Assembly (NCBI GenBank): GCA_030704615.1
Contig: CM060731.1
Location: forward strand, 69,812,001 to 69,876,000
Direction of reading: 5' to 3'
Length of the DNA: 64,000 bases
Origin: Takakia lepidozioides
Taxonomy: Eukaryota > Plantae > Bryophyta
The position numbers and the translations under genes are program-made. The stretch's first letter is position 1; each line of letters begins with the position of its first letter. The notes below the pieces were generated by a model that did no database searches, was not told the DNA's origin, and saw only the letters and a list, made by a program, of their open reading frames with translations. Shown piece after piece: positions 50,171 through 62,830 of the stretch.

Positions 50171-51411
50171 CAGCGTCACTAGAATTACAGTTTAAGATAT
50201 TCAAGTAGCCTTTTATAAGCGGAAAACAGAAAACAACATATTTGGTTGACTTAACCGCAGGCTAAAGTTAAACAGTCGCTTTGCCAGACACAGATATACA
50301 CCATACCTTACAAGAGGGGAATTTCAATGGAATTTGGTTGCTGAATTTCACGCCTCTCTGCACTGCAACGGCCTCATGTCTCCAAACGGAGTGTGGCATC
50401 TGCCGCGAAGCCACCCTTGATGGCTGGGGCGGCCCCCCCCCCCCCCCCCGGCCCTGCAGCCGCCATCATATTATAAGTTAGTTGAGCTCGCTGAGCTGAC
50501 ACTTGAGACTGATCACTTTGTCGGAATGCTTTTCACAACGAGGATCTCGTGCGAAATTGTGGGTCGATGCTCGAATCTCCACACCGTCACATTCAAGACA
50601 TGTCTTTTTTTCTCCCGAAGACTTTGGCCATAAAGCCAGAGAGAAGGGATGCAGATCTTTCCGTTTTCTTGTGGTAGGTAGGAAAAGGATGATTGTCGTG
50701 TTTTCCTTCAGGAAGTTCCAGCTCCCCTACTCGGCACCCAAGTTTGAAGGCTCCTGCTAAGTTGGGTGAGAAAATCCGAGTCAGAAGCCAACCGGTGTGT
50801 TTGTTAGATCGACCTTGCTGTGGTGGGGGCCATTAGTTGACGAGCGTAGACCGATGCTGGCTTTACACCTACCGCCAGAAAGAAGGCTGGACAATCTGGA
50901 CATGCTTTTGGGCCAGTTTAGCTGGATGATGCAGTGAAGCCGTCAGGTGCTCCATCCAGTCTCCAGGGTGGTTTTACTAGAGGTGCGTGCTTCGGGTGGC
51001 AGGTTGTGATGGCGGTCAGGTAAGCCACAGCTAAGGAGGAGCGAAGCTACTCAAGTTGGGCCTGTGGAGATGGACAGAGCTTGTGTAGTGATAGAGTGGC
51101 TGGGCTTTCTAGGGTGGCCTAGCCGGGGCTGAAGATGGGGATTTGGTCCCTGAAGGGACACAGCCCTACAGGAAAGATTGAAGGTGGGTGACGATACGTC
51201 TGCGACCAACAATGGTTTGAATGTGGAAGCGTTGGAGTAGTTTCACGTTGCGCAATTCAGTTTTTCAATACTAGTTTCAGTATGTTACTTGGAAAGGCCC
51301 CTCGTGTGAATTGCGTGTGTGCATGTAGTAGTGAGTCTGTCCTTCTTTGTAGGCACGGCAGCTCGTGAAATGGGCAGATGATGCTTTAGAGGAGGCGAAA
51401 GTGTTGGAAAG

Positions 51412-54314
51412 ATGGCAAGCGTGCTGGAACACTTCGCCATGCAACGGGCGCAGTCGGCTAAACTCAAGAAAGCCGCAGAAGCCGACCATAAGCCTTTACC
51501 ATCTACGCCACAGTCAGAGACCGATGGGGACCTTGAGAGTAAGAGCGGGAACACCACACCCATTGACTCTCCACAGACGTCCTCGACTAGCGAGGAGAGG
51601 CAAGCTGGGGAAATAGAGGGGGGCAGCAAGGGAAGGGGGTGGTAAAAAAGAAGAGCTTGTGGTTTTTCCATAGCAGCAAAGCCAAGAGGGGGTCATCGAA
51701 GGAGACTTCTGCAGATGACTCCAAGAAGGGGGTCTCAGAGGAAATACCCACTGAGTTTCTGTGCCCCATCTCACAAGTGGTGATGGCGGACCCAGTCATT
51801 GCGGCATCAGGCCAAACTTTTGAGCGTCAATGCATCCAGGTTTGGATGCAGCAAGGCCACCGCCACTGCTTTCAGAGTGGTATAGTCCTAGTCAATCTTT
51901 CTCTTATTCCCAATGTTGCATTGCGCTCTGCTATCACCAGTTGGTGTGAGAAGAATAAACAGCCGAAGCCTGAAGCTCCCAGTGTGGAGCTTGCAAGGCA
52001 GTCTGTTCAAAGGGGTTGGTGGGAGGTAAGCAAGAGCGGCTATGGAATTTTGGGGATTGATGCACGCAAGGCCTGGGTTATGATGAGACTGGCCTGGAGG
52101 ATTGAATTCCAGTTGCATATGAACAGAGACCCTGGCATACACACACTGATGACATGTCCTCAAGTGCCAGTACTAGTAGTGGCCCACGTAGTGAGCTTTG
52201 GATTGATGATGGTGGGACCGCATCATTGCTTGCGCCCCTGTCACTCAAGCAGCAGAATGGAACCACTCAGCTGCTGAATCTGAGACGGGCTCAGAGGAAT
52301 GACATGGACGCATGCGAAAAGGGAACGAGCCATCCAGAGGTTCTTCAAGGGATCTAAGTAAAAGCTCAACATCAACACTATTGCATGGGGCTCTGTCAGG
52401 GGAGCAGCATGACTGGACAGATGATGGTGGTACCCCTTCTCAGGCAGGGTCAATGGAGGATACTAAGCCCCAATGGACAAAAGGGTCACAGGACAACCGG
52501 GGGTGGAAGGCGGCGCGAGGGACAGAGGAGTGGTGAGCAAAGGCTACCTGCAACCTCTAGAGATTCCTCACTGGATTTTGACAGATTCAGTCAAAGCTCA
52601 TTGAAGGAACCGGCATGGCAAATCTGTTTGTTATCCTGAACCTAATAGTGCAGAGTGGCCACCACCCAGGAAGTGCTCGCACGGGTCAGTTGAGGCAGTC
52701 AGGGAAGATGTGGGAGCCACATTGGCAAGGTTTGGGGCTTCCTTCAACTATGGCAACAACATGTCCGGTGTATGTATGTGATTGAGGGATGGTCAGCAGC
52801 TGATCCACAATGCGATGTTTGAAGGCGCTGTTAGCGAATCTCAGCACAGCGTGCCTATGGAGCAGGAGGAGGGTGCCGCTGAAATTCGCAGGCTTACTCG
52901 AACAGCATTGAGCAAAGATGCACTATGTACTCCAGAGGTGCTGGCGGCAATTATATTGGACTGCAGTCACGGTATGCCGGAGAGTACAGATAAACGCACG
53001 CTGCTGCTCTTCTTGAATTTGTCACTAGAGAAGGAGAAGAGAGAACAATGAAAGATTCCGGGCTGGGGCAATTCCGGTTCTTATTGATGTCCTCAAGGGC
53101 AGGTGTGATGCGGCCATGGGAGCATGCGGCAGAGGCTTTGTTCAGCCTGGCATTGAACGACGAAAACAAGCTGGCTATAGGGGTGCTGGGGGCCATTCCA
53201 CCTCTTCTGTATGTGTTGCATGGAGGGACACCTGCTGCAAGACTGGATGCTGCCAAATGCTCTCATCATTGTCATTTGTCTTCACCACATCAATCGAATG
53301 AGGAAATAGAATCATGAAGGCAGGTTGAACAATCCCCCTCTGCTACTCCTGCAACTTGCGGACAAAGAGTCTGCAGATCTGACGAGCAGCGTGCTTCTTG
53401 TTCTCTCAAACTTGGCGACTGTTCAAGAGGGCCGTGCTCTTATATCTGAGCTCAATGGCGTCGTCCTCCTTGTTAGTCTACTTTCTGCATCACCATATTG
53501 GGGTGACGGAGCAAGGCCACGGTAGAGAACTGCAGCTTTCTTTTTTCTTGACTCTTCTTATGCTGGATCACTACCTGACATAGGAGCTATCCGCAGTATG
53601 CAAAAGAGGACTGCATCAGAGTAATTGTTAATGGAAGCATCCAACATATGGCCCAGCGGGTAGGACACAAGGCCACCTTACACGTGGTCGAGGTTAAAAG
53701 CCACATAGGTGTATGTTGGATGTCGCCCATTACAGCCAAACCAGCTATAAAAGGGGGTCGCGGGGTCAACCACGCAACTAATATGTGGATACCTGGGACT
53801 TTTGAGTCCTTGCCCCCATTTACGGCCGGTAGAAGGTGTCCACCTTCTCCTCCGGGGTGAACTAACACCATAAGTTTTGGTTGCTACCGCAGGAGTCTAC
53901 CATTTTCATTGCAGGCCTGGATTTAGTTATTTATCTAGCCCTTAGGTCTTGATTGCAGCTGAATGTTGGGTCCAAAATTGATTGGCTGCAGAGGGTATGG
54001 AGGAGAAGGCGGGTGAAAGTGTGAATGAGATGGATGATTGGGCATCCGTGCGGGAACATTCAGCAGCCACATTGTTGCAGCTTTCACAGTGCAATACACG
54101 GTTTAAGGCACAGGCTTTGCAGGCGGGTGCCCTCAAGAGCTTGGTGCCTCTGACAGAGCATGGCACACGGCGTGCCAGAGACAAAGCTATGGCCTTGCTT
54201 AGCGTTCTAAGGGACTCACCAATAATGGAGAGGTCTGACAGTGAAGATGGGAGGTCCCTCCGTCCGCGTGCCAGGTACCAAAGAGTTGGCATGTGCAACA
54301 GTGTCAATTTGTGA
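51412..54314 (+). CDS. U-box/ARM-repeat E3 ubiquitin ligase (PUB38-41-like); heavily frameshifted as given
   Basis: U-box EIPTEFLCPISQVVMADPVIAASGQTFERQCI...LIPNVALRSAI; ARM segments EHAAEALFSLALNDENKLAIGVLGAIPPLL, VLSNLATVQEGR, REHSAATLLQLS...RARDKAMALL; intron about 53522-53991. Confidence 0.8.
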
Positions 54315-55880
54315 GACTTCAGGCGTTTTACAGGGGTGAGATTGGTTTTACTGGATAGCTATCCTTGAAGTTGGCTGAGGCAGGAGGGATTCTCTGCAGC
54401 TCATTTAACATGTTATCCTCCACAATTGGTGGCTGGATTTATCAATACAAGACTGATTATGATATGTTCGCCTCATGGGCACATAAGTAGTAAACAACAG
54501 TGGCTCAGACAACAAAACATTGGGGTCCTTACAAGCCCAGGCCCGATGGGCTTCTAATTAATTTCCATGTTGACAAGCCAGGGCCTGTGGGGCACATTTT
54601 TATTGACATGCCCGTCCAACACTGGCTTTGACCCCTGGTTGCTCCTGCACAGTTAGTATCCAGGGGATTGTATGCCTTCAAAAGGCTAGCATTCACATCG
54701 AATGGTGAACAAGTGCTCTATGTAACTATCTGGATGGTTGCAACAGTGTGATTTCTTATATGGTGTCAATGCCATCCCTTAAATCAATTCGGAATCTCTG
54801 AGGTGGATTGTTGATGCATTTGTTGCCATCCTGATGATTTCACCCTACACAGAGGTCCGAGCAGCTTACTATCACAGGGCCTGGCCCCAGAGTGAGCTGT
54901 GGCCACATCCACAGCAGTCATTAGTATATATCCTTGGTCATGCCTGTAGCAGCTCTTGCTCTTCCACGAAGATAGACTGTCATATCAGAAACCAACTGGG
55001 AAAGTAAGAGATTAGGCAGAAGATGGGTACAGTTTTCACCAACTTTGGGCTGTCCCACGAGCATGTCCACCTTATGCTGTGTGCTAGTGGAGCATTATCA
55101 GACTATCACCAATTTTGGGCCTTTGTAGCCTGGTGGCTGAAGGTGCTTGACCCTGTTTGGATGAAGTGGAGACTGAAGAGGAATGACAAGTGGATCTGAG
55201 AAGAAAGGCAACCAGGGAAAATACAGTAGGATCCTTCAATAATTGTGGAATGCAACCTAGAACTTGATATTGTCCTTCCAGATTTTTCCCCATGGCATCA
55301 ACTTCATACAAGCATTTACTTCAGCAAGCAGACCCAAGAAAGGTGGACATTATCACAGACCTCTGGAACAGAGTTAATCTGGTGGTTCGAGATAGAAAGA
55401 GGAACCAAACTGTTACATCTAGATTTCAGATATCTTGAAAAGTATTGTGGCCAACCCATAATTTGCAAAATCAAGAACATCCAAGCCACCACTCTTACAT
55501 CAGTTGTGATGATGATGTGCAGCATCACTAATTTATTCATATACTACCCAAAACTGAACAATCCACCGAAGTTGAGAGAAAGCAGATATAATCACAAACC
55601 TCTGAAGAGCCTGACTAAAATATAACAGAGCTGGTGTACAAGGATCCAGAATTTCAGCTTATTCTGCCAGAGCACAGGTCCCAGAAGGTGAAATTGGCAA
55701 GTAGGTAATGAAGATTAATTAATCACATTAGAGACAGCAGCACTTCCACTCCAAAAAATGCCAACATGGAAGGGGGTCAAAGAGGTGACAAAATGAGAGG
55801 GGAGCTTCTTGTTCCACCCATACTGGGGGCCAAGATAGGGAGGAGGTTGGAGGAGGTCAAAGGTCCGAGCAGGGAAGCAC

Positions 55881-56552
55881 TCATGTGACAACTTCTGCAT
55901 TGGGTTTCAAGGCAACATCTTTGAAGCTGTTCCTCAGCAACGCCTGTGTGTCCCCGTCATGCATCGGAAGTAATGCGCACTCGTCATGTTCACTCTCACT
56001 TTCCACCATCTCTTGGCCTTCCCCAAAGTCATGCCCATTCTCCCCTGTATATGAACTCTGAAACTCCGGGCTGGTTTCTAATGCAGTTACCTGGAGCCCT
56101 TCGGGCAATAAGCAGTTGCAACACCAGCCTATCCTGGCAAGGCGATTGACCCACCCAGGGATTGCTTTCCCTGTTAAGCGTCTTCCTACATCCTCTGAAA
56201 AATGGTTGCAATTCTTCACAATCAGGTGATAGGTATCACCATAGTAGTCTTCAGAGCAGTCCTCCATAAAGCTTCGAAACTCCAAGGGGGTAAGGCTCGT
56301 TGTACCCAACAGAACAGTCTTACGATAGGTAAACCCAGGGCAACCGCGCGGTTCAACCTCAAATACCCCGCTGGTTGAATACTCATGGGCGCCAAATGCA
56401 TACTCCACTCCATGACATTCAATCCCCGAATGAAAGATTCCAAGGCCAACCCAGTAAGCATAGCCATTCATAGGCGTAAGGTCATATACATTGAGAAATA
56501 CAGGAGCCCGGCGATTACCATCAGAGGCTACTGTGCGGGCACCTCCCCTCAT
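55881..56552 (-). CDS. DeSI-like / PPPDE thiol peptidase (deubiquitinase/desumoylase), intronless CDS
   Basis: PVFLNVYDLTPMNGY, GIFHSG (catalytic His), YHLIVKNCNHF (catalytic Cys), IPGWVNRLARIG. Confidence 0.93.
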   Translation of the reverse strand: MRGGARTVASDGNRRAPVFLNVYDLTPMNGYAYWVGLGIFHSGIECHGVEYAFGAHEYSTSGVFEVEPRGCPGFTYRKTVLLGTTSLTPLEFRSFMEDCSEDYYGDTYHLIVKNCNHFSEDVGRRLTGKAIPGWVNRLARIGWCCNCLLPEGLQVTALETSPEFQSSYTGENGHDFGEGQEMVESESEHDECALLPMHDGDTQALLRNSFKDVALKPNAEVVT

Positions 56553-57074
56553 TTTGGAAGATAGTTCGCCTACTAACTTACCAGAGGGATCACGAACATT
56601 CCAGAAACCTTAACATACTTTAGGGTCAACTTCAATCAGATCTCATATGGATTGTAACTGGTTTCAACCCCAATACACTGCTGCACCATGCCAAAAAATT
56701 TGTTTAACCTCCAGTTCTGAGTGTACCTAATGCCGAGCCACAAACACGGGCACACACATACACACAGAGAGGATACAAGTGTAACACTTTAGCGTCACAG
56801 ATGCCAGAATCTTGCATTTGAACCAACAAAATTAACCCGTGGGCTGCAGAACAGTCGGTCTGGAACAATCAGACCTCCCTCCCACCAAGTGAAAACCGTA
56901 TACCAAATTGACTATTCCTCTCTTCTGGTCCCAAAAACGGAGTGACATTGGGCGACATGTGCAACTGTAAATGCAAACAGCTCTCTGATATCATATTAAG
57001 AGTAACCCAGCAGCCCAATAGTGCTCTACTATTCATAACCCCACAGTCTGCGACCCAGTAAAGCAATAAAAGAG

Positions 57075-59914
57075 GAGAGAGAGAGAGAGAGATTGTACTC
57101 ATAAGATGTAGTTTGCCGTAGCCTTGTGGCCATTGACCCCGCGCCCAGTTTGAGCGGGAACAAAAGGAACAGAACCTACCTCTGTCAGGGGCTGACGTTG
57201 GTAGTAAGACTTACCTTCATATAAAGAATTAATCCGGGTTTTCCAGATATCCTCTAGAAATCCCTTCACACAAGCATCAATCTGCTGTGTGTGATTTGCC
57301 CAAAAACTAGGCCTCAGAAGGGCCTGGGCTTTTGGCTCAGCCTCGAGACTTTCAAAGTTGTTAAGCAGGGGTACAGTCACAATTCCCTTGATAGAGTTGA
57401 AGAGAGCGTCTCTTTGGTGAGAGAACCCCGGACAGTGTATCAGAAAGTGAATACTGTCTTCAGGTTGCCCACACAGCGGGCAATTGCACTCTCCCTTTCC
57501 TCTCTGCTTCTGTTTGCTGTTCAAAGGTAGGCTTCCTGCCCTGAGTTTAAATTTCGGTCTAGTGCCGAGAGTGGGTAGACCCTTGAGGTCATCCAAGATG
57601 TCCTCCCCCATGTCACTGACTGGAAACAAGTTCAGGGAAGTTTTCTGCCTAACTTCATTTTCATCAGACAATCTCATGGCAACAGACATGGCTGAGGACA
57701 CTACAGCCTCTAAGTCAGATTTATCCAGCAGGGTCAAGGCTTGCGGATCCAGGTCCAGGTCCTTGAGAATCTCTTCTACTCTCTTCTGCCAGGACTTAGC
57801 CTGTTTGACAGGGCGGTCCTGTTTCCAAGATATAGAGTCGATTAACTTAGGATATCTGGTGCTGGGCATATGTTGCAGCTGACCCCACCATCTGACCTTG
57901 AATTCATCTCGTCGGGAGCTTAAGGACGGAATGCCAAACTCACCCAAACAGCCACATTGGCTGTTTTGGAGCATGCTGACATACACTCCTTAAGCACCCC
58001 CACTTGAATGGATTCTAGAGACTTAGCCTGGTTGGAGTTATCAACCCATAGCAGATCCGTACTCGAAGGCAGGTCTAATAACGCGACAAAGCATGGTTTT
58101 CTTAACCTCAGAGTTGACCCCTCTGCAGTGGGAAAATTTAGTGAGCCCCAGAGCTTGCCCTTGCCAGTTTGAACAACTTTCCGGATATGTGCATCCCAAT
58201 TACAATTGGAGGAAAACTCAACGCCCAGGTAAGAGTAGGAAGGGAGGACCGGGATCTCTTGGCTACCCCACTGCCACTTAAGATCACTTCCTCCCTCTCC
58301 TCTGTCGTTGAATGCTACCACTGCACATTTGCTGACATTAGCCTCTAGCCCCCAAAGATCAAAGTATCTCTTCGCGCAATCAATCAACTCCTGGAGATTG
58401 GTTGGAGTCTCCCCTATGCCTGCGAAGTCATCCGCAAACATAAGGGCTGGTATGGTGGTATCACCCACCCTTAACCCAAATCCCTCACTTTCCACATCCT
58501 CGAGGAGTTGATTGATGAAAACATTGAAGAGCAGAGGGGAGAGAGTACATCCTTGAGCTACACCTTGGTCTATGTCAAAGAAGTTGGACTTCTGTCCGTT
58601 AACAGTGACACAGCTTTTGGTGTGAGCATACAAGTTGTGGACAACTCTCCACATCTTTCCCTTGATCCCACAAGACCAGAGGCGGAACCATAGGCCATCT
58701 CTCCACACTGTGTCATAAGCCCTTTTTGACATCCAGGAAAAAAAACATAAGTGGGTTTCCCTTCCTTTTTCCTTCCCTGGATAATCTGGCTTAGAGTGAA
58801 GATATGATCCACACAGCCCCTGTTTCGCCGAAAGCCAGCTTGGCCTTCGTGGAAACAACCTCTAGACTCCAGATCAACCTCGAGACGAGTACTTATAACT
58901 CTCCAGAATGTCTTGCCAACAGCATTGAGGAGCGTGATGCCACGGTAGTTCCCCGGTTCTTCTCTGTCACACTTCTTGTATAGATTGACAATGACCCCCT
59001 GTCGCCAGCAAAAGGGGATCATTTCAGTCTTCCAGATAAGGTTAAAGAGGAGAACTAGGGCCTCTATCATGGGATCGCCACCGTGCTTGATAAGCTCGTT
59101 GACAATACCATCAGGTCCACCAGCTTTATATCCATTTAAATGTTCAATTGCTTCCACAATCTCAGAAGAACTAATGGGAGCATTATAAGCCATTGAAATA
59201 TACTCCAGTTCATCAGGGCTGTTTTGAATCATAGGAACAGTTTTTCCAACTGTGTCCCTCCATTCAGCAGAAGACCCCTCACTGTTAGACCTAGAAGTTC
59301 TGCCGAGGATACTGTAGTGAGTGTCAAAGGTTTTGACAATGTCAACCGATGAAGTCACCACTGCACCTTTAGTAGTCTTCAGCGCTTGTACTTGCTGAAC
59401 GTTTTTCGGCTTGTACAAACGTTGAAGGGCCAACCAGAATTTCTTGTCATTACCACCATGGTGGTTTGAGTTTATTTCACTGTATAACTTGTCCCAGTAT
59501 AATTTCTTCTGAGACCTAACAAGCTCATTGATATCTTTACGGAGCTGGTAGTACCTCGCCCACAATTCTTTGTTGGTTTCCAAATTGCAGCACTCTTTAT
59601 AGAGGGCTCGTCTCTCAGCTATCTTGAGTTTAATCTCATTGGTCCACCAATTAACTGCTCTAACTTACCGCAACAATTAGTTTCCTCCCAATGATCTTGT
59701 CAGCCACGGAGGAAACGAAACTCTCCCAAAAGTCCACTGCTCTTTCGACTTCATTTCTTGCGTTAACAGAGCGTGACTGAAGTTCTTGGAGCGATTGGAC
59801 AAAATAAGGGAGAGCCTCTTGCAAGGCCTGGACGTACTCAGCCTTGACCTCCTCATTGTGGAATTTTTCTATGCGCCACTTCCGAATCGAACGTGAGAGA
59901 GAGAGAGAGAGAGA
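57075..59914 (-). mobile_element. 5'-truncated non-LTR retrotransposon (LINE, RTEX/RTE-related), about 2.8 kb, flanked on both sides by (TC)n
   Basis: RT motifs GPDGI, NYRGITLL, QAGFRRNRGCVDHIFTL, AYDTVWRDGLW, GVAQGCTLSPLLF, FADD, YLGV; C-terminal CPLC..ED..HFLIHCP; several frameshifts; (GA)9 at 57075-57092 and (GA)10 at 59895-59914. Confidence 0.93.
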
Positions 59915-60937
59915 TACCAGATACCACTTTTGGCGTCCGCATATCACATCCAGCATACTGAATTACTGGGTCTAGGTGGATCAAACTACTCCAAAGTTGC
60001 AATCATGTTCAACCCCCAATCGCCTAACGCAACCTCCCCCAATACTTGCTACTTTGTGCCTCGATACTATGGATGGTCGGTAGGAAGTTAACAAACTCAA
60101 TAGCTGAGGCTAACGAATGCTTCTTTGAGAAGAAGCTCAGATGTTAGGTGACTCGGATGGCTTCCCAGCTGGTTTACCATCCCCCACAAGACTCAATCCA
60201 AAACACATGCGAGCTCAGCAAATCCTAAATTACGTGAGTTCATTACCCTTTCTATTTGCATTTTCAACTCTGTTTTTACCAACACACCTAGGTCGTCCAA
60301 GAGCATTGGAACACTAACCTTCATATCCGATCGGATCGTTCGGTGCCAGACATATGCACGCCTTGATGCACCATTCAGAGGCTTATCAGCCCAGAAATCA
60401 CATAAGCAAGGCCCTAGGACACCCACCACAGCTCTCACATACGCGCCTTCGATGCCACGACGTAATTACCCTGCGAAAGGCAGAAACAAGGGAGAGAGAA
60501 GTAGGTGAGGGGGCGTTCGAAGTTAGAAATCCCTTGCTCCTCCTCTTCGAACTATTCACACCCACCACTTGCTTGCTTGCATCCGGCTAAAACCTGATGT
60601 GGGTGCCTTCGTAGGAGCATTTAGGGAGGAAGGACACATCATCACGCTCATGCGAGAGTTCCCATGGAGGACCCTCATTGGCCTATCTCATCAGCAGATT
60701 GACACACGGGTGGGCCCGAGTGTTTCTTGGAGTAGTGAACTCCCAAGCAACCACAAGACCTGGACACATGCCTGGGATCCATCGCAACAACGATTCTTTG
60801 AAGGATTTGTTTTATCCACTGTCTTACATCCGGCATGCTCAATGATCTTGTTCCCAACTTTTCTGTTGAGATCCCTTCTTGTAATTGTAAATTTGCTCTC
60901 ACACGGAGTACACCATAATATCAACATGTTGCCCAAG

Positions 60938-61087
60938 GACTTATGTTATCACTTGACCCCCAACCAAAGGACTACTGCCTTCCGGTTGGAAGGTGAACAC
61001 CTTCATGACATTCAACTGGTGGTTTGAACCCACCACCACTAATGAGGCGGCTTGTGCCCTTACTATTGCGCTAAACGTTGGTTGTCC
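60938..61087 (-). mobile_element. tRNA-derived SINE
   Basis: On the - strand: A-box-like TAGCGCAATAG (61073-61063) and B-box GGTTCAAACC (61030-61021) at tRNA-like spacing, followed by an unrelated body and a short A-rich end. Confidence 0.6.
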
Positions 61088-62011
61088 AGATCTAATCCAA
61101 ACTCAAGACTTGGATCCAATTTGATCATTTGTAATTTATTTCTTCACTCCTTGTGCATGGTATGGAGGTTGGGTAATGTCAGATGAGCATGAGCACAAGG
61201 GCATATTCCTCGAATTCCTTAGATACCTGGAAAATACTCTATAGCCAACCATATATTTGTGAAACTCAAAAACCTATGAATATTTTCAGTTGTTCACATG
61301 AGCACTAATTACATAAAAAACAAGTAATCCCTATACATGACAAACATGTTACCTTGTAGGCGTGGATGTTGCTCACACTATGCTTTCAGGAAACCAGGGC
61401 CTTTTCAAAATAGGCGGTGAGATTTCAGGTCACATTTAAGGTCCTCACCCGTGGATAATTTCGTACTACGTTTCAGTACACCCACAAACATCCAGCTAGA
61501 GAGGCAAGCAGTATCGAAGTATAGCTTCCAACAGAAGTAACGTTTACATAGCTACATATTAAGAAGTAGGGATCACATGAAATATCTCAAGAGTTTCTTG
61601 GATTTGGTATACACTCACTCAAACTCTCATTTAGACCTAGGGGATTTTGACAAAACACATTCAAACTCTCTCTCTATCCAAATATGCTATGGTAGAACCA
61701 CTGCAATGCACTTAGACCTAGGTTTGACCATAAGAAATCATATTCCCCAAGCTAACCAAAACTAAGCTCAGTGTATTCATTACTCAGACACCCCCTCCCC
61801 AAAACCCCAACCCCCCACGCCTCTCAGATTTGTTGAGGCTCTCCCAAATTCATTGATCAATCCGAATAATATTAGCAACATCAAGCAATTCCTTCCACCA
61901 GCAGCAACAGCTCTAGTCTCATCAACAAATCGCCTCAATCGCCTCCTAACATACCTCGTCTGGCAACAATCTGTAGTCTAACGGGCATGCACCCTTGCAG
62001 AACCACAGTAA

Positions 62012-62692
62012 AACGTGCAAGAAATCAATCTCCATGCTAATAAGCACTAATTAGTTAATCAAACTGGTCAGGATGCTGCTGAAACCATTGTAGACATACC
62101 CTCTTTACGAACATACACTGATCTTAGATCAAAGCCACTCAAACTGAGATGTTCCATATGGGATTTACCATGTGAAGAATGTCGGGTTCTACCCTATCTT
62201 GGCTCTCTGGTTTTTTATGACTTTTACAGCCACGAAATCATTTGTCTCATGCACGAAGCACTTGGCCACCTGCCCAAACGTACCGCATCCAACGATATCC
62301 TTCACAACATATTTGCAACCAGTAAAAACCTTTCATTATAAACAATATAGACTCCTTGCAACAACGAACACACTATAAGGTTTGATCGGGAGTGGAAAGA
62401 CGTGCAAGAAATCAATCTCCATGCTAATAAGCACTAATCAGTTAATAAAACTGATCAAGATGCTGCTGAAAGCCTTGTAGACATACTCTCTTTACGAACA
62501 TACATTGATCCTAGATATATATAGCAATCGAAGTTTACATCTATCAAAGCCAAATAAAACTTCTTTGCAATGTTTGCATATGGTGTTTAACCTGAGAAGA
62601 TCGTCATTTCTACCCTGGAATAGGTGCGCTCCATGGTCTTTAATGACTTCAACAGCTACGAAATCATTTGCCTCCTCCATGAAGCACTTGGC
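62012..62692 (-). pseudogene. YAK1: Duplicated fragments of a YAK1/DYRK-type kinase gene
   Basis: YVVKDIVGCGTFGQVAKCFVHETNDFVAVKVIKNQRA (about 62312-62200) and a second copy AKCFMEEANDFVAVEVIKD; the flanking blocks starting at 62012 and 62399 are near-identical. Confidence 0.75.
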
Positions 62693-62830
62693 ACTCGGCT
62701 CTCAGCAGCAGTTTGACCGCTACTTGACCACTGTACAAGAAGAGGAGGGCGGATCGTATCCGGCTATAGAGCGCAGGGACAGAAAATGTCTTTTTTCGAC
62801 CATTCGTTGCAGCCACTATCTATGACATAC

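Noticed and set aside
43153-54314. Programmed frameshifting or RNA editing explaining the broken Der and PUB frames
   Set aside because: Indels are numerous and irregular, and these are nuclear genes; sequencing error or decay is far simpler.
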